A stretch of 16,821 nucleotides of DNA, taken from Candidatus Anstonellales archaeon. GTDB taxonomy: Archaea; Micrarchaeota; Micrarchaeia; Anstonellales; J096. Below the pieces are notes generated by a model. The model was not told the DNA's origin. It saw only the letters and a program-made list of their open reading frames with translations, and made no database searches. Below, piece by piece: positions 6,403-15,600 of this stretch. Position 1 is the stretch's first letter. Each line of letters starts with the position of its first letter. The stretch covers positions 1 to 16,821 of the forward strand of contig JAWACY010000005.1 in the NCBI GenBank assembly GCA_038896535.1, read 5' to 3'. The position numbers were made by a program, and so were the translations under genes.

Positions 6403-8205
6403 ATGCAAATGAAAAATATAAGGGCAAATAAGGCATTTAAATATGTTTTTATGTTCTTTTTTTTCTTGTCTTTTTTTGTCAATCATGCATTTTCTTGTAT
6501 TGATTCTGGCATTAACTTACTTGCAGTTGATTCAAAATCAGGAAGTGCGGCGGATATACCATTTTTAGTAAGAGTGATAAACAATAATGGCAATGATATT
6601 TTTGTAAATATAGCAAATATTTCATATGACGATAATTTACAGCAATCAATAGCTAATGCATATAAAATCGCATCATCAAAAGCAAATAAAAACTGTTCTG
6701 TTGTTGTGTTATTCCCAACAAGGAGCAAAGAGCTTGCAGGGCCATCAGGAGGGCTTGGAATAGCATTGGCATTTTATAAAAGTTTCTCAGAATCAAACAT
6801 TAATATTGATGAATATGGCATAACAGGAGCTCTGGATGAGCAAGGAAATGTTTTACCTGTTGGAGGCATTTTAGAAAAGGTTGAGGCAGCAATAAAATCA
6901 GGAAAGAAAAAAGTTATTATACCAATTACAGACAGGTTTGATTATATAATGCTGAAATATTTATATCCTGATATAAAAGTGTATTATGTCTTAAATTTCG
7001 ATCAAGCCCTATCAGTTATAAATAATAATGCTGGAAATGTAAGTGCTGAACAATTTTTATTTTTTGATCTGGCCAAAGATAGAGCAATGTTAAACAGCTT
7101 AAAGCAAAGTTCTTATAAATATGATTTTGCCATATATTATGAAAGGCTTAAGGAAGATTATAATGTTACATTGCAGCATTTAAGAAATAAAATAGATAAG
7201 AATGCTTATGATTATTATGAAAACATCCTTTCTTATGCAGAGCAATTAAAAGATAAGGGATATTACTACAGTGCTAGCAATACTTTATTTACCAATGCAG
7301 TTGAGTTAATGTCATTTGATGCTATAATAAATAATAGGGATGTGAAAAAAGAGGCAGAGCAGTGCATTAATGAGGCAAAAAGCTTAAAGGTTGAGAGTAA
7401 TAAAAATAATTTTGAGCTTATTTCTGGGGCTTTGTTTAGGCTTGCAAGAGCAGAAGAAAGGTTGATAAGAAAGGTTGAAGATAATACAAAAAGTGCTAAA
7501 GCATATCTCGCAAAAGCACATGCAGAGTCATTGGAGTGGTGTAAATTTTCTTCATCTTTGCTAAACAATGCTATGTCAATTAATGGGGATAAGATAAATG
7601 AAGAAGCAATAAAAGATTATGCTGTAAACTACATTTTATCTGTTGATGAAAATAGCTTAACTGATGAGGAAAAGGAATTCTATATGCTTGGCCTAAAATA
7701 TGCTGCAAAACAAGATTTCATTACTTCTGCTTTCTATGTTGCTTATCTAAACTCTTCTCTTTCTTCTGTACAATACAAAGGGCAGAAGCTGGATGGGTTT
7801 TGGGCCAATGTATTTGCAAGCCAAGCAGAATATTTATATTCTATATCTGGCAATACAGCCAGCGCATCAAGTTCATTTGCTCTTGCTTTGAGCTTTAATA
7901 ATATATACAATTTAGTTACTCAAAGCACTGTTTTAGAAGATACTGGTTTAGAAAATATCAATAAAGGCGGTAATAAGACGAGTATAGAAAATATAAGCGA
8001 AGAAAAGCTGAATGAAAGCACAAATAAGAGTGTAAATGAAAGTTCAAATGAAATTAAAGCAAAAGGCCAGGAAGAAAATGCAGCCAGTATTGCGCTTTCA
8101 CTTTCATTATTCATCATTGCAATAATTTTACTTTATCTTTTAACAAAGTATTATGGAAATCAAGAAAAAAGAAAAAAAGCGAGGTATAAATATGAGCGCA
8201 GATAA
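6403..8205 (+). CDS. Secreted, C-terminally membrane-anchored Lon-like (S16) serine protease without AAA+ domain (archaeal COG1750-like)
   Basis: Likely start at ATG 6403 or 6409, with TTTTATAAA at 6375-6383. Signal-like segment YVFMFFFFLSFFVNHAFS; GPSGG (Ser codon 6745) and GITGAL...PVGGILEK (Lys codon 6877, 44 residues later) form a Ser-Lys dyad; helical middle region; TM segment SIALSLSLFIIAIILLYLL followed by a basic tail. Confidence 0.88.
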   Translation: MQMKNIRANKAFKYVFMFFFFLSFFVNHAFSCIDSGINLLAVDSKSGSAADIPFLVRVINNNGNDIFVNIANISYDDNLQQSIANAYKIASSKANKNCSVVVLFPTRSKELAGPSGGLGIALAFYKSFSESNINIDEYGITGALDEQGNVLPVGGILEKVEAAIKSGKKKVIIPITDRFDYIMLKYLYPDIKVYYVLNFDQALSVINNNAGNVSAEQFLFFDLAKDRAMLNSLKQSSYKYDFAIYYERLKEDYNVTLQHLRNKIDKNAYDYYENILSYAEQLKDKGYYYSASNTLFTNAVELMSFDAIINNRDVKKEAEQCINEAKSLKVESNKNNFELISGALFRLARAEERLIRKVEDNTKSAKAYLAKAHAESLEWCKFSSSLLNNAMSINGDKINEEAIKDYAVNYILSVDENSLTDEEKEFYMLGLKYAAKQDFITSAFYVAYLNSSLSSVQYKGQKLDGFWANVFASQAEYLYSISGNTASASSSFALALSFNNIYNLVTQSTVLEDTGLENINKGGNKTSIENISEEKLNESTNKSVNESSNEIKAKGQEENAASIALSLSLFIIAIILLYLLTKYYGNQEKRKKARYKYERR

Positions 8206-8827
8206 TGCGATAAAGATATGGAACGAATTTGTTAAAGCAGTTTCTGAAGGCAAAGTAAATGAAGAGAAAGATTTAAATTTATTGAACTATGATTTTCCAT
8301 TCAAATCCTTGATAAAAGCGCATATTGATTCAATAAAAGAAAATGCTGGCATAAATAATGAAGTAATAAAAAAGGCATTGCCTATATGGGCCAGGATATT
8401 TAAGAAAATACATGAGAATAAAAAGAAGATAAATGAAATTATTTCATTAGCAGGGGATAAAAAACATGTCATTGAGAAAGCAATTGTAAATGGCTATGTT
8501 CATAGCAGAGATATAAGCAAAGAATTGAAGGATTCATTAAATGATATAGGTATTATTGTTATTGATCATCCAAATGATAAAGAGATAAAAGAGCAAATGG
8601 AATTTATTTATCATGATGGCTACTTTTATTTATTAAGGCAGAGCTTGAAAAAAGAGATAAAGGATATTATAAAGAAAAAAGAGGCAGTGTCAAATGAATT
8701 GCAAGTTCTGAATGCAAAAAGGTATGTTGGGTTAAGCAAGGAAGAGCAGGAAGCATTTGAAAAGAGGCAAGTTGATTATTTAGAATGCATTAAAAAATTG
8801 GAGATGTTTCCAAGAATAAAGATTTAA
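8192..8827 (+). CDS. Hypothetical cytoplasmic helical protein (~211 aa)
   Basis: SD-like GAGGT (8181-8185) precedes ATG 8192 (MSADNAIK...), which overlaps the end of the Lon-like gene by 14 nt. No recognisable motif. Confidence 0.75.
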   Translation: MSADNAIKIWNEFVKAVSEGKVNEEKDLNLLNYDFPFKSLIKAHIDSIKENAGINNEVIKKALPIWARIFKKIHENKKKINEIISLAGDKKHVIEKAIVNGYVHSRDISKELKDSLNDIGIIVIDHPNDKEIKEQMEFIYHDGYFYLLRQSLKKEIKDIIKKKEAVSNELQVLNAKRYVGLSKEEQEAFEKRQVDYLECIKKLEMFPRIKI

Positions 8828-8907
8828 ATAAATATTTAAATTTAGTAAGCATATTTTTTAAGCATAAGTTTAAATTGTTTACTAATAAAATTTATTTAGG
8901 TGTTATG

Positions 8908-9588
8908 ATGGAAAAGATTTCAACAGGAATTGCTGGACTTGATCAAATGCTTTATGGAGGAATTATAAGAAATAGGCATATAGGTATTTTAGGTGGCCCC
9001 GGAACAGGAAAAACATTGTTTTCAATGCAGTTTCTATATGCTGGCGCAAAAGCAGGAGAAAGGGGCTATTATTTATCACTTGAAGAAGTGCCTGAGCAGA
9101 TTGTGGCTAACACATTATCAGTTTTTAGTGAGTTAAAGGATTTTCAGGATTACATAAATAAGAGCATAATAATAGAAAAGCCAGATAATTATACGCTTGA
9201 CAATATGATAGAATTAATAGAAAAACAAGTTGTTGAAAATAATGCAAAGCGCGTAGTAATTGATAGCTCGACAGTTGTAGAGGCATTTTTTGAAACTGTC
9301 CAAGATTACAGAAGGGGCATTGTTGAATTCCTGAATCTTTTAAAAACACTTGATTGCACTGTCTATTTTATAGTTGAAATCGAGAGCTCTGATATTGGCA
9401 TAAAATACCAGCTTGAGCATTATATAATGGATGGCATAATAAACCTTTATAATTTAAGAAGAGGAGAAAGCAGGGTTAGGGCAATAGAAATATATAAAAT
9501 GAGGGGCATCAATCACAGCAATCAGCTTGTGCCAATGAGAATAACGCCATCTGGTTTTGTTGTTTATCCAAATGAGAAAGTGCTTTAA
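8908..9588 (+). CDS. Single-domain KaiC-like / RAD55-GvpD family ATPase (RecA superfamily, COG0467-like)
   Basis: ISTGIAGLD..L.GG, Walker A GGPGTGKT (8992-9015), SLEE, Walker B RVVIDS, DGII and KMRG. SD AGGTG (8898-8902) precedes ATG 8905/8908. Confidence 0.92.
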   Translation: MEKISTGIAGLDQMLYGGIIRNRHIGILGGPGTGKTLFSMQFLYAGAKAGERGYYLSLEEVPEQIVANTLSVFSELKDFQDYINKSIIIEKPDNYTLDNMIELIEKQVVENNAKRVVIDSSTVVEAFFETVQDYRRGIVEFLNLLKTLDCTVYFIVEIESSDIGIKYQLEHYIMDGIINLYNLRRGESRVRAIEIYKMRGINHSNQLVPMRITPSGFVVYPNEKVL

Positions 9589-9605
9589 TGCTTTCCGGTG
9601 GTTTA

Positions 9606-12416
9606 ATGTATAATCATAAAGAAATAGAGCAGCATGTTTTTTCTTATTGGGAAAAAAATAAGATATATGAAAAGCAAAAGGCAAAGGCAAAAAGCCAGGC
9701 AAAGGCAAACATATATTTTCTTGATGGTCCCCCTTATGTTACTGGAGAAATACACCCAGGCACTGGTTGGAATAAATGCATAAAGGATGCTTTTTTGCGC
9801 TATTATAGAATGAATGGCTATGATATATCAGACAAGCCAGGTTTTGATACTCACGGCCTTCCAATAGAGGTAAAAGTAGAGCAAAAGCTTGGGTTTAGAA
9901 GCAAGCAGGATATAGAAAAATTTGGAGTAGAGGAATTTATAAAAGAATGCAAGGCATTTGCAGATAAATATATAGAAATTATGTCAAACCAATTTAAGCA
10001 ACTAGCAGTTTGGATGGACTGGGAAAATCCTTATGTTACATATAAAGATGAATATATAGAAAGATGCTGGGCAATGTTAAAAAAAGCACATGAAAAAGGG
10101 CTTTTGTATAAAGATTATTATGTTGTCCCGCATTGTTTCAGATGTCAAACAACACTGGCAAATTATGAGCTTGAATACTGGGATGAAACTGACCCAAGCA
10201 TATATGTGCTGTTTAAGTTAAAAGGAAAGCAAAATACTTATGCCCTTGTATGGACAACAACGCCATGGACATTAGTTGCAAATATGGCAATAGCAATACA
10301 TGAAGAACTTGAATATGCTGAAGTTGAGATAGATGGAAAAAATGTCATAATGCTTGCTTCAAAGGTTAATGAAATACTTGATAAAAGCAAGCAATCAGGC
10401 GTTGTAAAAAAGGTTTTTAAAGGAAGTGCACTTGTAGGGATTGAATATGAACATCCATTTCAAGATTTAATAAAAAAGAAAGCAACAAGAAAAATAGTGC
10501 CTGCAAAAGATATTGTGAGTGAAGAAACTGGAACTGGTATTGTGCATATAGCTCCAGGACATGGGCCAGAGGACTTTGAGCTCGGGAAAAAGCAAAATAT
10601 AGAGGCATTCTGTCCTGTTGATGAGCAAGGAAAATATGATGAGCAAGCAGGCATTTTTGCTAACATGCATGTAAAAGAGGCAAATGCTGAGATAATAAAA
10701 GTGCTTGAAAACAGGGGCTTATTATTTATTAATGAGAGAATAGTACACAGATATGCTCATTGTTGGAGATGTAAAACGCCTTTAATATACATAAAGACAG
10801 AGCAATGGTTTTTGAAAATTACCGATATAAAGGGTAAAATGCTGGATGAAATAAAAAATATTGTTTGGGTCCCTCAAATTGCTCAAACAAGGTTTGCAGA
10901 TTTAATTGAAAAAGCCCCCGATTGGTGTATAAGCAGGCAGAGATATTGGGGGATCCCATTGCCTATATGGGAATGTGATGAGTGTAAATCAATACAAGTA
11001 ATTGGGTCAAAAAAAGAATTGCAAAAACAAGTAAAAGAACTGCACAGGCCTTATATAGATAATATAACATTTGAATGCGAATGCTCTGGCGTTATGAGAA
11101 GGGTTAATGATGTATTAGATGTTTGGTTTGATTCAGGGAATGCTGTTTGGGCAAGCCTTTCTAGTGATAATGAACAAGCAGATTTTATAATAGAAGGGCA
11201 TGATCAAATAAGGGGGTGGTATTACTCTTTGCTTGGATGTGGAATAATATATATAGATAAAGTGCCTTATAAAAGCGTTGTTATGCATGGGTTTTTTGTA
11301 GATGAGAAAGGAGAAAAGATGAGCAAAAGCCTTGGAAATTTTGTTCCTTTGCAAGAAATATTAGATAAATATGGGCTTGATGCATTCAGACTTTTTTCTT
11401 TGAGCAATAATGTATGGGAAGATGTGAAATTTAATTGGAAAGAACTTGATGAAGCAAAAGCATTTCTATTTGTTTATCTTAATCTTTATAATTATCTCAA
11501 TTCAAACATAAAGCAAATGCCAAAAAAACCAGCAAGTCTATTGATACACGATAAATGGCTTTTATCAAGGCTCAATACAACAATAGAGGAATATCATGAA
11601 GCAATGCTTGAAAAGAACATAGCAAAAGCATTGAGGGTTGTTAAATTTTTTGTGCTTGAAGATTTGAGTAAAAAATACATGAAAGTTGCAAAAGATTATA
11701 TAAGTCAAAATGAGCATAGCTCTATTTATGCATTTTATCAAGCAATGCTAAAGGCTTCTTTGTTGCTATCTCCATTTGCCCCTGTTATTGTGGACTTTGT
11801 TTACATAAATTATTTTTCAAAATTCGAAAATAAGCATAGCATTCATTTACATGATTTTCCTGAAGTCGATGGGCTATATATTGATAAAAAACTTGAAAAG
11901 CTAGCAGATGTCGCATTTAATATCATAAGCAATGCTTTAGAATTAAGGGCAAAAACAAATATAAAATTAAGATGGCCGTTAAGGTCACTTTATATATCAA
12001 GCAAAGAAGCAGATGTTATTGAAGCAGTTAAGCACTTTTCTCCTCTTATGCTGAAGCTTGTTAATGTAAAGGAGATTAAACTTGATAGCATTCCTGAAAA
12101 AGATGTGCAAGTAGATGAAAGCGGTAAAATTGCGATATCTAATAAAATCGAGCAAGAGCTTTATGAAGAAGGCATTTATAATGACATTGCAAGGAGAATA
12201 CAAATGACAAGGAAAAAGCTTGGCCTAAATGAACAGCAAGTTGCTGCATTATATATTTCTGGAGAACCAGAATTCATGCGCATAATAAAAGAAAATGAAC
12301 AAAAACTTAAATCAAGAGCAAAATTAAGCATGATAAAAATAGAAGAGCAAGAAGGCCAAGATTACGAGCATTATTTAATAGACGGAAAGCCAATACGGAT
12401 AAAGATTGTTTTATAA
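9606..12416 (+). CDS. ileS: Isoleucyl-tRNA synthetase (archaeal/type 2)
   Basis: FLDGPPY, HIGH-equivalent HPGT, GFDTHGLPIE, editing motifs WTTTPWTL and GTGIVHIAPGHGPED, DWCISRQRYWGIP, DVWFDSG, EGHDQIRGW and KMSKS (11316-11330). Start is ATG 9606 after GGTGG, or ATG 9588 overlapping the upstream TAA. Confidence 0.97.
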   Translation: MYNHKEIEQHVFSYWEKNKIYEKQKAKAKSQAKANIYFLDGPPYVTGEIHPGTGWNKCIKDAFLRYYRMNGYDISDKPGFDTHGLPIEVKVEQKLGFRSKQDIEKFGVEEFIKECKAFADKYIEIMSNQFKQLAVWMDWENPYVTYKDEYIERCWAMLKKAHEKGLLYKDYYVVPHCFRCQTTLANYELEYWDETDPSIYVLFKLKGKQNTYALVWTTTPWTLVANMAIAIHEELEYAEVEIDGKNVIMLASKVNEILDKSKQSGVVKKVFKGSALVGIEYEHPFQDLIKKKATRKIVPAKDIVSEETGTGIVHIAPGHGPEDFELGKKQNIEAFCPVDEQGKYDEQAGIFANMHVKEANAEIIKVLENRGLLFINERIVHRYAHCWRCKTPLIYIKTEQWFLKITDIKGKMLDEIKNIVWVPQIAQTRFADLIEKAPDWCISRQRYWGIPLPIWECDECKSIQVIGSKKELQKQVKELHRPYIDNITFECECSGVMRRVNDVLDVWFDSGNAVWASLSSDNEQADFIIEGHDQIRGWYYSLLGCGIIYIDKVPYKSVVMHGFFVDEKGEKMSKSLGNFVPLQEILDKYGLDAFRLFSLSNNVWEDVKFNWKELDEAKAFLFVYLNLYNYLNSNIKQMPKKPASLLIHDKWLLSRLNTTIEEYHEAMLEKNIAKALRVVKFFVLEDLSKKYMKVAKDYISQNEHSSIYAFYQAMLKASLLLSPFAPVIVDFVYINYFSKFENKHSIHLHDFPEVDGLYIDKKLEKLADVAFNIISNALELRAKTNIKLRWPLRSLYISSKEADVIEAVKHFSPLMLKLVNVKEIKLDSIPEKDVQVDESGKIAISNKIEQELYEEGIYNDIARRIQMTRKKLGLNEQQVAALYISGEPEFMRIIKENEQKLKSRAKLSMIKIEEQEGQDYEHYLIDGKPIRIKIVL

Positions 12417-12477
12417 TCATTTTAACATCAATTTATAATCAGTTTAACATCAATAACATCATTTAGCCCATTTAGCC
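12410..12477. repeat. 22-bp tandem duplication (1 mismatch) spanning the ileS stop, followed by 9-bp CATTTAGCC x2
   Basis: TTTATAATCATTTTAACATCAA (12410-12431) and TTTATAATCAGTTTAACATCAA (12432-12453); CATTTAGCC at 12460-12468 and 12469-12477. Confidence 0.88.
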
Positions 12478-12626
12478 CTTTTTTATTTTTATTCCATTAT
12501 AACTTATCACTAACTCAGCAGCAATAACAATAACATTCGTAAAACTCATTAAAACAACAAACAAACCAGCTAAAATCAAAAACATCCAACCAATTAAATT
12601 TAAAAATATTAGTGTTAATTTATAAT

Positions 12627-15600
12627 ATGCAGAAATTTGATTGTTTTAATCATTACAATTCGGCAAAACTAAATTTCATGTTTATATTAATTATTTTCTT
12701 ATTATCAACCAATTTCTTATTTTCCCCTTTTACAGATGAGCCACAAAGACCAGGAGATTGGACAAATTTAGGGGGAGACCATAATCAGACCTTTACAAGC
12801 CCAGCAAGAGCACCATTTCTTAGAAAAATATACGCAGTTATTAATTTCCCAAACACTATAGGGTATTTAAGAGTCTGGAATGGCCTCTTATTTGTTGAAG
12901 GGCATAGTAATGCTAATGCTGTATATGTATACAATATTAGCAACTTAACTCAATATACTGACGGTAGAACAATAGATCATTTAAATGCAACAATATTAAA
13001 ATGGACAGGAGGTGGCTCAGGAGGAACTGATGCTAAAAGAATATTCATAGGTTATAATGGAAGTTATAATGATAGTTTATTATATAACCCTTCAATTATG
13101 TATGCTATAAATGGCACAAATTTAACCCCTCTTGATTTAACAGCATTTGGCGGATCTTTAGAAGGTGATTACGCTGCAATTGGACGAGGGGATAGTGTTG
13201 TCGCGCTTGCTTGGGCTAAAAATATGTCAGTAATAAAAACTGCGTTTGTACAGGCAACTAATCTGGCGGGGAGTGGAATAGTACCGTACCCAATAATTTA
13301 TAATAAAACTATATATGCAAGCGGTTATGCTGATTCTATATATGCATATGCCATTAATGATTCAGATCCTAATAATATAACTTTAGTTCTAAAATGGTAT
13401 AATATTAGTATAGATGTAACTATTAAAACTCTTGCTTATGATAAAATTAATAATAGAAATTTGCTTATAGTAAATAGTGTTGGAGCAGGCACTATTTATG
13501 CTCTAAATCCAGATAATGGCAACATAATCTGGGTTTTTAATATAACAAATTTAACTGGTTATGTTGGTGGGTCTGCAGGGCAGGGTGGCCTTGATATAGA
13601 AAAAGGCATAATGTATGGTGTACATCAACAAAATAGAACAGTTTTTGCTTTGAATTTAAGTAATGGTAATGTTATATGGTGGAGATATCTTAACAACATT
13701 GGGGGTAGTATATTATCACTGCCTTTATTAACAAGAGATTTTCTTTATGTTGTTGAAGGAACTTCAGATAGTGGAATAGCATATGCTTTGAATCCAAGCG
13801 ATGGAAGTATATTTAGCGCACTTCCAATTCCTGGTGGTATAATAAGCGGTGGATTATTCCCATACATAGCAGTAACAGATAAATTATTGTTTTTATCAAC
13901 AACAGAATTAGGAAAAGTTTATGTAATAGGGGATGATCCTATATCTGATTGTATGGATATAACTGAATCTGGTAGTTATGTAGTTAGAGTTGATCTAATT
14001 GATAAGCCCCATGAGATATGTATAAATGTGACTGTTTCAGATGTTTTTATTGATGGAAATGGAAAAATCGTTGATAGTGATGGGGTAAATGGTAAATGGG
14101 GCGTTTATGTTCAGCCCGGATTAAAAAATGTTATAATAGAAGGAATGAATCTTACTGATTGGGTTAATGCTGGCATAGGAGTTCAAGATTCCAATAACAC
14201 TATAGTCAGAGATAATTATGTAAATAATTCAAATTACGGTATTTATATATCTGGTATAAATGATTCTAAAGTTGTTAATAACACAATATACAATGCTAAA
14301 ACTAGCGGAATTTATATAACTGGCTCTATATTATCAGGGGCTACACAAAATAATACAATAGCAAACAACACAATTTATAATGCATCAAATTATGGAATAG
14401 AGGTAGATTTGGATAATTTACTTGGGGTTTATAGAAATATAATAGAAAATAACACGATAGAAACAATAATAAATAATGATAGTTCAATATTTCCAGCAGG
14501 CATTTATTTACATGATGGGGGGTATGATTGGAATATAATAAGAAGGAATACTGTAAATAATGTAAAAGGGAACTCTTCAGCACAAATTAAAGCAGCAGGA
14601 ATATATGGAAAAAGCATAAATAATCAAATAATAAATGATAATATAATACAAAATATTTCATCTTTTGACAATAGCCCTGTTGCAGGTTTAATATTAGTAA
14701 CATCATCAAATAATAACATGTCAAATAATACTGTTAAGCCTATAAATAGTGGCCAAGTTACATTAGCTTATGGCCTTTATACTGGAAGTAGCAATAATAT
14801 AATAGCTAATAATACAATAAATCAAACAGTTGGAATACAAATAGAATCACAGCCAATTGAAGGATTATCAATGAATAATATAGTAGAAAATAATACTATT
14901 TTAAGTCCAATGTTCTTTGGCATTGACCTTAAAGGCCTTAATGTTATAAGTTCAATAATAAGAAATAATACTTGTATAATAACACCTCCTGGGGGGGATT
15001 GCGTATTAGTTGAATCTGGGCCACAAAATAACAATATAACAGAAAATACATTCATAGGTTTTCAAGATTTTAGCGATACTAATCATGGAGTAGTATTAAA
15101 AAATCAATCAGGCAATAATAATATATTCAACAACACAATAATAAACATGACAGCCGCTATAATAATGATAGATGATTCAGATTTTAACAATATAACAAAT
15201 AATACAATAATAAATTCAACATTTTTTGCCCTGGCTCTTGGTGCTAATGAAAATACAAATGTTATAGCATATAATAATATTACAGGAACATCATATATAG
15301 GGCTTTTCTTAATTTCTCCAACCTCCGCTTTTGAAGCATCTAATTTTAATTTAATAGAAAATAACACATTTTCTAATTCAGGATTCTTAGATATGCTTTT
15401 GGTTCCTGCTGGCCCAACTGGAATTGAAGAAGACACTTGTAATAATCAGATAAATAATAATACAGGATCAGGGGGCAATCCAATTTTATTTTTAAATGCA
15501 AATAATAATTCAACATCAATATCTGGGAGTTATTCAGAACTAATAATTTGTGGGGCATCAAATGTAACTTTAAATAATATAGTAATTAATTCTCCAGATG

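Noticed and set aside
8822..8866. Inverted repeat ATTTAAATA-AA-TATTTAAAT and TAAGCATA x2 upstream of the KaiC-like gene
   Set aside because: Almost entirely A/T in an AT-rich spacer, so plausible by chance. It cannot be called an operator without conservation data.
8908..9588. Circadian clock KaiC or RadA/RadB recombinase
   Set aside because: Single domain, no Ser-Thr phosphosite pair, no kaiA/kaiB nearby and no RadA N-terminal domain. It fits the generic archaeal KaiC-like family.
6483..12203. Short minus-strand ORFs inside the Lon-like, hypothetical, KaiC-like and ileS genes
   Set aside because: All lie antisense to well-supported genes and have no motifs.
12756..13930. PQQ-dependent dehydrogenase
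   Set aside because: Only generic propeller-blade motifs (ALN..G...W) are visible. I saw no catalytic features of quinoprotein dehydrogenases, and the fusion context suggests a structural or binding role.
14341..15561. Four minus-strand ORFs in the apparently empty right-hand region
   Set aside because: They are shadows of the long plus-strand surface-protein frame. The region is neither non-coding nor recoded, because the + frame is open under the standard code.
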